64,000 nt of DNA from Candidatus Altiarchaeales archaeon (lineage in GTDB: Archaea; Altiarchaeota; Altiarchaeia; IMC4; SCGC-AAA252-I15): contig WJMO01000006.1 in assembly GCA_014727915.1 (NCBI GenBank), forward strand, positions 256,001 to 320,000, given 5' to 3'. Below, piece after piece: positions 1 to 9,758 of this stretch. The number at the start of each line of letters is the position of its first letter. Positions within the stretch are counted from its first letter, which is position 1. Under the pieces are notes generated by a model. The model saw only the letters and a list, made by a program, of their open reading frames with translations, made no database searches and was not told where the DNA came from. A program made the translations under genes and the position numbers.

Positions 1-1
1 G

Positions 2-670
2 CTAGTAGAGCAGGACACGCCCATAAAATTGGAGTATGTGGAGAACAGGAACAACCCCCCGGACTTGAGCAGGAACGTGGACTTGGGATTCGCGCCCGGC
101 CTGGAACACTATGGGGCCGTTGAGGACAAGTTCTTCGACTTGACCGAGGAAGAATACCAGCTGGCGCGGAGGATCGAGTCGGGGGAGTTTGAGATGATAT
201 TCTTCGGCCCGAAGTCCTGGGATTCCCAGATAAACTATGCGTTCAAGAACGCCAGCAGGGAGAGCACCGAGGGGTACTGTATCATATTCCTGCCCGCATT
301 CAACGACGTGAAGACCATCAGGCACTGGTCCACGATGATATTCAACGAGACCAGCTACTGTGACGACCTCAGGGACAGGAGCTTCAAGTACGCTTACGAG
401 ATATTCGACGGCGTCTGCGAGAAGGACCAGTGGGCTGCTGATTACTTGCTGGGGAGTGTGATGTCCATGAACTTCGTGGAAATGGACGGCAGAAGGGCGA
501 ATATAAAGCTGAGCAAGAAGTGCGTCGGAGGGGGGGACCTGATAGACCGGATGCACAGCGTGGGTTCGGGGGAGATGATAAGGACTCCTGCCTTGATCTT
601 CCTGGTGCTGGCCTGGACCGCCGTGCACATGCAGGGGAAAGGCGGTAAGCGAAGGAAGAAGAGGTCTTGA
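2..670 (+). CDS. Hypothetical membrane-anchored protein, 5'-truncated by the window edge
   Basis: The frame is open from base 2 (CTA GTA GAG CAG...) into the 29..670 ORF. It ends in a hydrophobic segment (PALIFLVLAWTAV) followed by a basic tail (KGGKRRKKRS), typical of a C-terminal anchor. Confidence 0.7.
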   Translation, partial: LVEQDTPIKLEYVENRNNPPDLSRNVDLGFAPGLEHYGAVEDKFFDLTEEEYQLARRIESGEFEMIFFGPKSWDSQINYAFKNASRESTEGYCIIFLPAFNDVKTIRHWSTMIFNETSYCDDLRDRSFKYAYEIFDGVCEKDQWAADYLLGSVMSMNFVEMDGRRANIKLSKKCVGGGDLIDRMHSVGSGEMIRTPALIFLVLAWTAVHMQGKGGKRRKKRS

Positions 671-700
671 TTTTTATCGCTGCCTTAGCATATTGATTAC

Positions 701-1771
701 GTGAAGTCAGAGCTTTCTAGCGTCGACCTGAAATTCCTGGTCAGGGAGTTGAGGGAACTTCTGGTGGGAGCGAGGGTTGACAGGGTCTATCAGGTGGGTG
801 AGCGGGAGCTTGCCTTCAGAATGTACGGGAAGGGCGGTTTGGATTTCATTTCGGCTTCTAACTTCATGTGCGTTACAAAGTACAGGAGGCCTGCTCCCAG
901 GCAGCCCAGCTCGTTCGCGATGCAGCTGAGGAAGAACCTGAAGGGAAAGTCGGTAAGGGATGTGAGACAGCACGGGTTCGACCGTATAGTGGAGGTGAAA
1001 TTCGACGAGCACATCCTGGTGTTCGAGCTCTTCAGCAAGGGCAATGTCATACTATGCGACAGTGGGATGAAGATCATGGGTTTGCTGGACTGGCAGAAGT
1101 GGAGGGACCGGACCCTCGGCGTCGGTAGGGTATACGAGTACCCCCCGCCCGTGAAAGACCCCCAACTCGTGGACGAGGACGGTTTCAGGGAGGTGATGTC
1201 ATCATCCGAGAAGGGTGTTGCGTCTACGCTGGCCACCAGGTTCAGTCTTGGAGGGTACTATGCGGAGAAAGTCTGCGGCGATGCTGGGATAGACCCGGGA
1301 GCAGCATATGATGAGGTGGACCATGGAATGCTGTGGAGGGCCTTCCAGGATTTCATAGACTCGCTGGAGGCGGATGCCAACCCTGTCTTGGAGGAGGATA
1401 ACGTCCTGCCGTTTGGAGGGGGTGAGAACAGGTTCCATAGCTTTAACGAGGCGGTAGACGAGTACTTCAGCAGGATGGAAAGGGAGGATAAGGAGTTCAA
1501 GGTCGAAGCTGGGATAGAATCAAAACGTGAGAGGCTGGAGAAGCAGCTGGAGAACCAGTTGAGAGCCTATGAGGAGGCTTCCTCCGGTGTAGACGAGGAG
1601 AGGGCGAAGGGCGACCGCTTATACCAGAGGATGTCAGAGCTTAACCTCGCATTGGACAGGATCAGGGAGCTGAAGAGGAAAGGCTTGGACGATGAGGACA
1701 TAATGGAGGAGCTCAAAGACATGGGGTTCATAAAGGGTTTGGAAGGCCACAGGCTCAAGTTGGATTTATAG
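701..1771 (+). CDS. rqcH: NFACT/Rqc2 (RqcH, FbpA-like) family protein, N-terminal domains only
   Basis: LSSVDL..LVREL, FAMQLRKNLKG, VRQHGFDRIV, LVFELFSKGNVILCD, the HhH region LGGYYAEKVC and SFNEAVDEYF, then a coiled coil. It is 356 aa and ends before NFACT-R/C. Confidence 0.85.
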   Translation: MKSELSSVDLKFLVRELRELLVGARVDRVYQVGERELAFRMYGKGGLDFISASNFMCVTKYRRPAPRQPSSFAMQLRKNLKGKSVRDVRQHGFDRIVEVKFDEHILVFELFSKGNVILCDSGMKIMGLLDWQKWRDRTLGVGRVYEYPPPVKDPQLVDEDGFREVMSSSEKGVASTLATRFSLGGYYAEKVCGDAGIDPGAAYDEVDHGMLWRAFQDFIDSLEADANPVLEEDNVLPFGGGENRFHSFNEAVDEYFSRMEREDKEFKVEAGIESKRERLEKQLENQLRAYEEASSGVDEERAKGDRLYQRMSELNLALDRIRELKRKGLDDEDIMEELKDMGFIKGLEGHRLKLDL

Positions 1772-2098
1772 CTAGTAGGTCGCTGAGCTGATGCACTTGC
1801 TGAACATCCACTCGTCGTTTTTTATCCTCTGGCATAGGTTCGGGTCGCCGGCGCAGTCGGCAACCTTGTAGATGCACTGATTGTATAGGCCCTCTTCCAG
1901 TATTTCCTCGCAGAGCCTGAAGTCACACTTCGATAGGGCTATCCTGGAGTAGCAGTTCTCCCTTGGCATGCTGGGCTCGATCTCGTTGCAGGCCTGGAGT
2001 TCCGGCCTTTTTGACAATGTTTCATGCCTGCCCTCGGCGGTTGATTCCATGCAACCGCACGCGAGAATCAGACTCAGCAGTATAAATGCTGATTTCAA
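1772..2098 (-). CDS. Small lipoprotein with Cys repeats
   Basis: Lipobox-like ILACGC after a hydrophobic stretch. Repeats of C..I......CY..IA....D..LC. GGTGG RBS-like sequence upstream of the TTG start. Confidence 0.7.
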   Translation of the reverse strand: MKSAFILLSLILACGCMESTAEGRHETLSKRPELQACNEIEPSMPRENCYSRIALSKCDFRLCEEILEEGLYNQCIYKVADCAGDPNLCQRIKNDEWMFSKCISSATY

Positions 2099-2149
2099 TT
2101 AGACCACCACAGTCGATATATATTGAAATGAGGCGAATATAAAAGGGAT

Positions 2150-4411
2150 ATGAAGGTTGAGAGCCTGTTAAAGAAGAGCCTTTGGCATGTGGCTGCGGCT
2201 GCCTTCACGGTCTCGCTCGGGCTGAGGCTCGTTATCGGTTACGTGTTCCAATCCCATTTCGGTTGGCATTCGGTGAACCACCTGGAGACCTGGCTGTACA
2301 CGGGCGTGATGGAAGGCACCCATCTTACGGGATACCAGCTGCTGGACCCGACGGTCTGGCTGCTCAGAATCATTGGCATGGCAGTGCCCGACGGGCTAAG
2401 CCTATATGCGGTGATGTTCACCGCTGTAGTCCTGGCATCCCTGACAGCCGCTCTGATAACGGTTTTCATCGGAATGTTATACGACAAGAGAACAGGTTTT
2501 GTTGCTGGGCTCATCTACGGGGGCATGATAGAGCCTCTCGCGCTCAGCCTTTCAGGTTTCACACACGACCACATGCAATTGCCGATCGTGGTGGTCACAT
2601 TCATCATCGCGTTGAAAGCGGTTCGTTCCACGGGCCGGGAGAGGAGGGCCTGGGGTTTGGGCTACCTGGTTTTGGTGTTCATTGCAAGGTATGTGAACGA
2701 GATAGTATATGTGGGTGCGGGAGCGACTGCACTCTACATCTTCTATGAGGCCTTCAGACCATGGGTTGAGGACAGATACGGCAGGAAAACAGGTTCGAAG
2801 GTCTACCCCGCCATGATAGGGCTGCTTGTTTTGTCGCTGGTGTTCTTCACGAATGTGGTGCCTTTGATAACAGACTACCTGGTGGGTAAGATGGAAGCGC
2901 TGCCACAGGGGTGGGGCGGCAGCGCCGACGTTATGCCCCTTTCACTGATCACATTCTGGCTTAGATATAATATACTATTGTTCCTACTGCCCGCGGGCCT
3001 CGCTGCAGGATACAAGAGAAGGGACACATATGGGATCTCCCTGATGCTCTTCGGTTTTGTGATAGCCACAGTAATGGACCGGGGCACCAGGGTAAGCGAC
3101 GTGGGAGTGGCCATCCTGTCCGCCTATGCGATAGTCGACTGGAACCTCAAGCCCAGGAGGAAGCCCGGTTTCGTTAAGAGCCTGCCGGAGTTCATGAGAA
3201 GGAGGTACATGTGGTGGCTGACATCCCTGTATTCTGTCGGTTTGTTCGCTTTCATGAGCTCCTGGACCGTGCTCAGGACCGAGTACTTCATGATCTACAC
3301 GGCCGGGGGCGCGACCATATTGTACTCCCTCTACACGCTCAAGAAGGACAAGCTGCTCGTATACGCTGTCTCGACTGTGCTGTTGGTTGGTTTGATGGCC
3401 AACACGGCCTATGTTTACAACGTCGAACCCCGGAGGATAGTGACTGAGACAGAATACCAGGTCCTGCACTGGCTGGGAGAGAACAACCGCGGCGGGAAGG
3501 TGCTGGCAGGATGGGACAGGGGCTACATGGTGGAGGCAGTATCCGGTTTGGAGGCGGTCTCAACCCCACATCGGATAGACGAGGACGTGCATGAGATGCT
3601 CTGGTTCATCGACCGACACGCTGCCGTCAGCCTGAGGAAGGAGGGCGTCAGGTACGTCCTATTGAACAGCGAGAACTTCAACGTCATAGGTGACGGTGTG
3701 GACATGGCATACCGTCTGACTGGAGGACTGCTAATGGAGCCCGACAAGGTCCCGCCTATGGAGCTGACGAACAGGTTCACCATATACAAGCTCAGGACGA
3801 AGACCGCGGACAGGCACTTCAAGCTTTTGAAGGAGGAGCACGACCCAGTCACAGGCATGGACTTCCTGCTATATGAGATAACCGAAGAGCCTACGGAGGA
3901 GGAGATGACCAATTCCATGGTGAGCGCAGTAGCAGCCAACATAGGAAGCGACAAGATAGCGTTGATAGACGTGGAGCTGATAAGGCCCAACGGGAAGGTG
4001 TACAAGAGCACTACCAACGACACGTTCGAAGCCGGCGAAGTGAGGGAGGTGATGTACACCGGCCGTAAGAACTTCAGGGAATACGACTGCAGGCTGTCAG
4101 CCAGGCCGATCAAAGGCGAACTCTGGGGCTATGTGGGAGAGCTGACGTTCGTCAACAAGGCGGAGGCCAGGTACGTTGAGATAAGGGCCTTGCTCGTGGA
4201 GCGGCAGTCTGATACGGAAAGCGGCATATTCACGAAGGTGGTGCACTTCAAGGAAGGTCAGAAGAAGACCATACAGTACTCGTTCGAGAACGTGGACCCC
4301 GACAGGGAGTACATGCTCAGACTTGACCCGCGGGATGGGCTGGAGGTCATAGAGGACGAGTCAACACCGCCGACGGTGGAGGCGGTCATCTTCTTAGCCA
4401 CATTCTGCTAG
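2150..4411 (+). CDS. STT3/AglB-like GT-C membrane protein (oligosaccharyltransferase-like, divergent motifs)
   Basis: About 13 TM segments followed by a soluble domain with LHWLGENN..GKVLAGWDRGYMVEAVSG (WWDYG-equivalent). GFTHDH lies at the DxD/DHD position. Confidence 0.7.
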   Translation: MKVESLLKKSLWHVAAAAFTVSLGLRLVIGYVFQSHFGWHSVNHLETWLYTGVMEGTHLTGYQLLDPTVWLLRIIGMAVPDGLSLYAVMFTAVVLASLTAALITVFIGMLYDKRTGFVAGLIYGGMIEPLALSLSGFTHDHMQLPIVVVTFIIALKAVRSTGRERRAWGLGYLVLVFIARYVNEIVYVGAGATALYIFYEAFRPWVEDRYGRKTGSKVYPAMIGLLVLSLVFFTNVVPLITDYLVGKMEALPQGWGGSADVMPLSLITFWLRYNILLFLLPAGLAAGYKRRDTYGISLMLFGFVIATVMDRGTRVSDVGVAILSAYAIVDWNLKPRRKPGFVKSLPEFMRRRYMWWLTSLYSVGLFAFMSSWTVLRTEYFMIYTAGGATILYSLYTLKKDKLLVYAVSTVLLVGLMANTAYVYNVEPRRIVTETEYQVLHWLGENNRGGKVLAGWDRGYMVEAVSGLEAVSTPHRIDEDVHEMLWFIDRHAAVSLRKEGVRYVLLNSENFNVIGDGVDMAYRLTGGLLMEPDKVPPMELTNRFTIYKLRTKTADRHFKLLKEEHDPVTGMDFLLYEITEEPTEEEMTNSMVSAVAANIGSDKIALIDVELIRPNGKVYKSTTNDTFEAGEVREVMYTGRKNFREYDCRLSARPIKGELWGYVGELTFVNKAEARYVEIRALLVERQSDTESGIFTKVVHFKEGQKKTIQYSFENVDPDREYMLRLDPRDGLEVIEDESTPPTVEAVIFLATFC

Positions 4412-4420
4412 AGCCGATTA

Positions 4421-6178
4421 TCAGGGTATGGGTGAGACGTCGCTGACGAACCCCGTTCCAACCTGCCCCTGGGAGAACAGGAAGTCGAACATCAATGGCA
4501 TTATGACCGCCGTCAAAGCCACCAGCCAGGACATTATGACGAAATCGAGGAAAGCCGCGTACTTGGTGCCGCCGTCCACCATCTTTATGGAGTACGCCGA
4601 GAAAGCCGCATGTATGACCAATACCACGAACAGCATGTCCTCCACCAGGGGTATGTTTATCTCGCCTATGGAGGGCAGCAAGCCCATCATGAGGCTTCCC
4701 ATGGACGGGGTCTGGGCTATCGACGCGAAGGACTGCTTGAATGTGTTGTCCAGTATGCCCACCATCCTGAGGGTAGCATATGCGGCGCCAGTAACGCCGA
4801 GTATCGTTCCATAGTAGACTCCCTTGACGCTGGATGCCAGCTGAAGCCGCAACTCCCTGAGAGACAGTAGTTTGATGAAGTTGTCGCTGATTATCTGGCT
4901 CGCCTCCTCCGGGTCGCCGCCGAGGTTTATCACCTGTATGAATATGCTCCCGAACTTCTCTATCATGTTGCTGCCCGTCTCCCCAGCGAAGTACATCCAG
5001 GACTGGAACTTGTCGCACCTCACCCTCAAACGAGCGTAGAGGCTCTCCACAGGGTCGTTCAAGACGCCGAACTCGTGGATCCTCAGGGGTCCGAGCGTGC
5101 CTACGAGGCTGCCGCCCCGCGCAGAGAGGGAACCACCAAGAGACCTTATGAACGCGGGGAAGGCCTGGTCTTTCTTGATGACGGCAGATTCCAGCCTGGA
5201 GCCCAACACGCCGATCCCGGCCAGCGGAGAGAGGGACAGTGCTATGAGCAACGGTGTCGGGGCGCCGAACGGGCGGAACCACAGAAGGGGGATCGCAAGG
5301 ACTATGCATAGTATGAATATGGGTATCATCACTGCCCTTATACGCCTGTACTCCGGCGCCTTGATGGGCAGATGGTGGCATATTAGGTCATGTGTTATGA
5401 AGCTGTCTATGAACACCAGAGAAAGTATGTCTATGAAGAACAATGCGACGCCGCTCAACGCTACCAGGACGTATATGCTGTAGCCCATTATCAGCGGCAG
5501 CATGAAGGATATGGCCATCATGAAGGACACCGCGATGGTCAGGGAGACGAGAGCGTCCTGTATGAGGCTCAGGGTCTGGAGGCTCTGCTTGTACTCGGTG
5601 GAGTAGTCTTCCATGACCGCGGACTGCTCCTGCTTGAGGAACAGGTCGACACGCTCCCCGAAGTCGAATGCGGCGCTCATCCTGTCCAGGAAGTTGCCCA
5701 GTATCTTCGAGGGTACGAGGGTGGAAAGCTTACGGCAGGTCCTTACCAAACCAAGGTTCCAGTAGTCTGCTAGGTAGGCGACCTTCTCCATGACCTTCGC
5801 TATCTCCCCGTACTCCACCCTCTGAGAGGAGAGCCTGAACAGCTGGCGGCGCTTAACGTGGAGGGTTGAAAGAGATCCGGTGTATGTGATGAAATAGTGT
5901 ATGTTCTCGTGTATGTTGACCTTGATTCGTTCGATGACATAGTAGGGGTAGATGAACACGGACGCGAAGCCAAGAAGCAGGATGCCAAAGGGCAGCAGGA
6001 AGAGCAAGGGGGTCAATCCCCCGAGGTCGAACATGCCTCCGTAGAAGTTAACCAGGATGAGCGTCGAGAAGAAGAGCAGCAGGGTTATGGCGAGGACCGG
6101 GGCCACCAGCTTCATGAAGAAGTCGTCTAGTGTGTTGTATCCTGCCAGCCGGGTCGCCTCTTCGAAGTCCAAATCCAT
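4421..6178 (-). CDS. flaJ: Archaellum assembly platform protein ArlJ/FlaJ
   Basis: 585-aa polytopic protein with two T2SS-F-like halves (FLDRMSAAFDFGE..FLKQEQ; SWMYFAGETGSNMIEKF..GGDPEE), directly downstream of the ArlI-type ATPase. Confidence 0.85.
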   Translation of the reverse strand: MDLDFEEATRLAGYNTLDDFFMKLVAPVLAITLLLFFSTLILVNFYGGMFDLGGLTPLLFLLPFGILLLGFASVFIYPYYVIERIKVNIHENIHYFITYTGSLSTLHVKRRQLFRLSSQRVEYGEIAKVMEKVAYLADYWNLGLVRTCRKLSTLVPSKILGNFLDRMSAAFDFGERVDLFLKQEQSAVMEDYSTEYKQSLQTLSLIQDALVSLTIAVSFMMAISFMLPLIMGYSIYVLVALSGVALFFIDILSLVFIDSFITHDLICHHLPIKAPEYRRIRAVMIPIFILCIVLAIPLLWFRPFGAPTPLLIALSLSPLAGIGVLGSRLESAVIKKDQAFPAFIRSLGGSLSARGGSLVGTLGPLRIHEFGVLNDPVESLYARLRVRCDKFQSWMYFAGETGSNMIEKFGSIFIQVINLGGDPEEASQIISDNFIKLLSLRELRLQLASSVKGVYYGTILGVTGAAYATLRMVGILDNTFKQSFASIAQTPSMGSLMMGLLPSIGEINIPLVEDMLFVVLVIHAAFSAYSIKMVDGGTKYAAFLDFVIMSWLVALTAVIMPLMFDFLFSQGQVGTGFVSDVSPIP

Positions 6179-6179
6179 T

Positions 6180-7832
6180 TTAAACCGGGAAGGGGAGGCC
6201 CTCCTTGCCCTTGTAGTAGTAGGACTTGATGATCTCCCACACGTCGAAGTAGTTGAATATTCCCTCGCTTATCATCTTGTTCAGTATGGCCGCGCGGAAC
6301 TCTAGCTCGTCGTAGATTCCGCGGACGTCCTTGTATCCGAGTAATCTGGCGATCTTTTCCTCCAGGATGTAGCTGTTGTGGTATCCGAGGAAGCCGAACT
6401 CGTCGGTTGCCGGAACCCACTCGAAGACCGTTGCCGTGCCCACCTTGCCGAGCTCGTCATAGAATTTGATCAGCTCCGTCACCGAGAGGACACGACGGAC
6501 GAACTTCCCGTGCAAGTAGACTGCCTGCTGGATCAACACCACATTGAGGTTGTCGATTGCGGATATGGGGACGTTTATGGGGTGGCCGGTCATACGCTGT
6601 ATCATCTTGTGGGGGTCTCCGGCGTGGAAGGTGCTCATCACCGGGTGGCCGGTCTGCATGGCCTGGAATGCGATGTTACCCTCCTTCTCACGGATCTCGC
6701 CGACGATGATGTAGTTGGGTCGGGACCGAAGGGCCGCCACGAGCAGGCGCATCATGTCCACATCCGTCTCCTTACCCGACTCCCTCGTTACGAGGTGCTG
6801 CCACGCAGGATGGGGCATCGTGACCTCCGGGGTGTTCTCAACGCTGTAGACCTTCGCGTCAGGTTTTATGAAAGCGCTCAACGCGTTCAATGTGGTTGTC
6901 TTACCCGACGCGGTCTCCCCGCAGATGAATATGCTCATCCCGTTCTCCAGGCACAGCCACATGTAGGCCGCCAGCTCCGCTGGGAACGTGTGCCAGTTTA
7001 CGAGCTGTGTGACGCTGATGGGGACCTTGCTGAACTTCCGGATGGTGAAGCTGCTGCCCTCGAGGCTGACCTCCCGGCCGTAGATGAAGTTCACCCTGCT
7101 GCCGTCGGGCATGATGGCGTCCACGACAGGGTAGGCTTCGCTCACCGGCCGCTCCACCCGCTCGCTGGAGTCGAACACGTACTTGTCCAGCTGGAGATCA
7201 GTGTTGAATATGATGTTCGTAGCCACCATCTCGAATATCTTGTGGATGGTGTACACCCTCGCGACGCCGATGCAGTGTATGTCCTCGATGTAGGGGTCAC
7301 GGAGCAGAGGCTCGAGTATGCCGTAACCAACCCGCTCACGTATGAGGAAGTACTTTATCTTGTCATATTCGGCCTGGGTGAGGTTTATCCTGGATCCGCC
7401 GCCCATCTGGGACTTGAGGTTCTCGAAGAATCCCTTCTTCTCATCGGCCGCCACGGGCTTGCCCCCGACGGTCACAAGCTGGTTCATGAGGTTCACGAGT
7501 ATGTCGCTAAGGTCCTCTGTTGTGTCGCTGGTGTCCATGCTGTGGGCGATCTTGATCAGCTGGTCGGATATCTTGTTGAACATCTCCGTCTCCCGGGGCG
7601 TGAGCTGCGGCTCGACGGCGATGTACTGGGTCTCGTTCTCCCCCGGCCTCCGGAGTATGTGTATGAATATAGGATCGCCGACGGGGTACATTACGTTGGG
7701 AAAATCGAGGCCTTTGAGGCTCCTGTCCAACTGGACGTAGAAGTCGGGCTTCTCAAGGCCCTTGGTCTGCAAGTACTCTTTCAGGTGGGGGTTCCTGTTC
7801 TGCGCGTCGATGAACTCCTTCTCATCAGTCAT
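6180..7832 (-). CDS. flaI: Archaellum motor ATPase ArlI/FlaI
   Basis: ArlI-typical N-terminus (RNPHLKEY, NVMYPVGDPIFIHI), DPYIEDIHCIG, Walker A GETASGKTT, LRSRPNYIIVGEIR, QAMQTGH..STFHA. Confidence 0.92.
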   Translation of the reverse strand: MTDEKEFIDAQNRNPHLKEYLQTKGLEKPDFYVQLDRSLKGLDFPNVMYPVGDPIFIHILRRPGENETQYIAVEPQLTPRETEMFNKISDQLIKIAHSMDTSDTTEDLSDILVNLMNQLVTVGGKPVAADEKKGFFENLKSQMGGGSRINLTQAEYDKIKYFLIRERVGYGILEPLLRDPYIEDIHCIGVARVYTIHKIFEMVATNIIFNTDLQLDKYVFDSSERVERPVSEAYPVVDAIMPDGSRVNFIYGREVSLEGSSFTIRKFSKVPISVTQLVNWHTFPAELAAYMWLCLENGMSIFICGETASGKTTTLNALSAFIKPDAKVYSVENTPEVTMPHPAWQHLVTRESGKETDVDMMRLLVAALRSRPNYIIVGEIREKEGNIAFQAMQTGHPVMSTFHAGDPHKMIQRMTGHPINVPISAIDNLNVVLIQQAVYLHGKFVRRVLSVTELIKFYDELGKVGTATVFEWVPATDEFGFLGYHNSYILEEKIARLLGYKDVRGIYDELEFRAAILNKMISEGIFNYFDVWEIIKSYYYKGKEGLPFPV

Positions 7833-7836
7833 TTTG

Positions 7837-8568
7837 CTATGCCAGACCTCCGATGTCGATGATCATTCCCTGCCCCGGCTCGACACGGAAGGCGATCTGC
7901 GGGACTACCTGTATCTTGCTCCTCTTGAAGCGGTTGACTTCCATGTACTTCTTCGTCTCCCCGCCAAGCTGCTTTGTGCCGAACATCAGGTAGATGTCGG
8001 ACACTGAACGCAGCAGGGTCAGCAGGCTCTTGTTCAGCTGCTCGGGGTCGACGGTGAATATGACTATCTTGCCCTTGTTCGCAATCTTCTTGAAGAACTT
8101 TATAACGTCAAAGGCCTTCTCCTGGCTTATGTTCCCCTGGACCAGGAGGAACGAAAGCGTGTCGATGATGATTATCTTGCGCTCGTAGAGCTCCTTCTGC
8201 GCCAGCAACCTGTCCAGGAAGTCGGAGCGGAGCTTGCCGCCGCCGATGAACGGGAACATTGGTATGAACAGGAGCGTCTGGTTGATGACCCACTCGTCGA
8301 CCACGTACTGGAGGGATTCCATCTGCTCCAGGAAGTCCTTGGTGGAGAGCTCGGTGCTTATGTAGGTGGCGGAGGCGCCGTTGACGAGGAAGGCGTAGAG
8401 GAGTCTCTGCACGAGAAGGCTCTTGCCCATGCCGTCCTTGCCCTCGATGAGGACCATGGAACTGTAGGGCATGGCACCACCAAGTTTGGTGTGGAGCATG
8501 TCCCTTTTGATCCTTATGCTGATGTAGTCCTCGTCCTTCTCCTCCCCTTCACTGGGTTCCTCGGCCAT
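7837..8568 (-). CDS. flaH: Archaellum KaiC-like ATPase ArlH/FlaH
   Basis: RDMLHTKLGGAMP, Walker A GKDGMGKS, YISTEL, IIIDTLS and C-terminal IAFRVEPGQG. Start placed at ATG 8568 (MAEEP) with GGAG upstream. Confidence 0.88.
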   Translation of the reverse strand: MAEEPSEGEEKDEDYISIRIKRDMLHTKLGGAMPYSSMVLIEGKDGMGKSLLVQRLLYAFLVNGASATYISTELSTKDFLEQMESLQYVVDEWVINQTLLFIPMFPFIGGGKLRSDFLDRLLAQKELYERKIIIIDTLSFLLVQGNISQEKAFDVIKFFKKIANKGKIVIFTVDPEQLNKSLLTLLRSVSDIYLMFGTKQLGGETKKYMEVNRFKRSKIQVVPQIAFRVEPGQGMIIDIGGLA

Positions 8569-8593
8569 CTCCAATACCACTATTTGAAAGTTA

Positions 8594-8962
8594 TCATATA
8601 ATATCCCCTTCAGCCCCCTCCAAAGACCCTTTATCACCCTCAGAATCTTCTTTTTCAGGGCTTTTTTGGGGTTTTTTGACCGCCAGGACCATCTCGGACA
8701 TCTTTATTATCATCTCCAGGTTCTCCTCGATTGTGGATAGCCGGTCCTGGTTCTCACGCGTAAGATCCAAGGTCTTGGACATTGTAGTGTCCAGGTCGTC
8801 GGTTTTGGACTCTAACGTGTTTATTTTGTCGTTTATCTGGCGGTTAGCCTCCTTGAACTCCCTTATCTGCTCGGCGGTTATCTCTAACCTCACGGTCTGA
8901 ACGGACTTGTTGCCCCTGAAATACCCCCCTAACCTGTTGAAAAAGGACCGTATCATGTCCAA
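8594..8962 (-). CDS. Coiled-coil protein, ArlC/FlaC-like
   Basis: KINTLESK...RENQDRLSTIEENLEMIIKMSEMV resembles the FlaC coiled coil (ieenv..lm.lYEvV). It lies directly upstream of arlH. The usual NPF motif is absent. Confidence 0.5.
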   Translation of the reverse strand: MDMIRSFFNRLGGYFRGNKSVQTVRLEITAEQIREFKEANRQINDKINTLESKTDDLDTTMSKTLDLTRENQDRLSTIEENLEMIIKMSEMVLAVKKPQKSPEKEDSEGDKGSLEGAEGDII

Positions 8963-8998
8963 TGGACACCAAAATAGAATTGGATTCTGCGTATAAAA

Positions 8999-9724
8999 TT
9001 AGGTTGTGCCGCCGCAGATCAGAGAGTAACCGCGTTCAAGCTGTGATTTGCAGTCCTCCTGTTTGATGCTGCTCCTGAACAGCATGCACTTGGAATCGTT
9101 CTTCAACGTGAAGGCAACGCATAATATGCACTTGTCCCTTATGCCCATTAAGGCTATCTCGTTGTCGGGTATCATGAGGCAGTAGTCTGAGTTGTTAACT
9201 GCTATGCCGATGGAACCATAGCACTGGTATTTCTTCTGCAATGTGCTGAGCTGGTCACAGTATGTCAGGTTGTTCTGCCCCAACGCGAGGGTCTGGAAGC
9301 ATATGTCACGGGCGTCCACGTCCTTCTTCTGCCCGCAGAACTCCGTCCGGTTGAAGGACATCGCATACCTGGCAGCCAGGAACACCAAGCCGACGAGGAG
9401 CAGGACCATGAACCTGACGAACCATTTCATGAAGTTGCTGCGCTCGAATATGTGGATCCTGTCCTTGTTCTCCTGCACCGACCTGTGATAGCCTGGGACG
9501 TGTGTGACCTCCTTGACCAGCAGATCCTTCGCCCTCTCCAAGCCCACATGGTCTATGAAAACGTTCTTTATTATGTTGTTGAGGACTATCTTCTCCTGGT
9601 GCTTGTTAAGCTTGTCCTCTTCGATGCCCATCTTCTTGACCTCGCGGTTGACCCGCTCGACACCGTCAAGCCCTCCGTAGAGCATGTAAGCCTTCTTGCG
9701 GAGGTCCTCTATCTTAGGTTTCAT
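8999..9724 (-). CDS. Single-pass membrane protein: cytoplasmic helical domain, TM, extracellular Cys repeats
   Basis: TM segment WFVRFMVLLLVGLVFLAA followed by about four C-x-C(F/Y)..A....N..YC repeats. First gene of the arl operon. Confidence 0.75.
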   Translation of the reverse strand: MKPKIEDLRKKAYMLYGGLDGVERVNREVKKMGIEEDKLNKHQEKIVLNNIIKNVFIDHVGLERAKDLLVKEVTHVPGYHRSVQENKDRIHIFERSNFMKWFVRFMVLLLVGLVFLAARYAMSFNRTEFCGQKKDVDARDICFQTLALGQNNLTYCDQLSTLQKKYQCYGSIGIAVNNSDYCLMIPDNEIALMGIRDKCILCVAFTLKNDSKCMLFRSSIKQEDCKSQLERGYSLICGGTT

Positions 9725-9749
9725 ACCAGTAGAGATATGCGAAATGTGG

Positions 9750-9758
9750 TTTATATTT
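9750..9758. promoter_or_regulatory. Putative shared TATA box of a divergent promoter
   Basis: TTTATATTT (AAATATAAA on the minus strand) centred about 30 nt from both ATG 9724 (-) and ATG 9785 (+). Confidence 0.5.

Noticed and set aside
6378-7862. 494-aa plus-strand ORF
   Set aside because: Antisense shadow of arlI with no motifs; long shadow ORFs are expected with this GC-rich codon bias.
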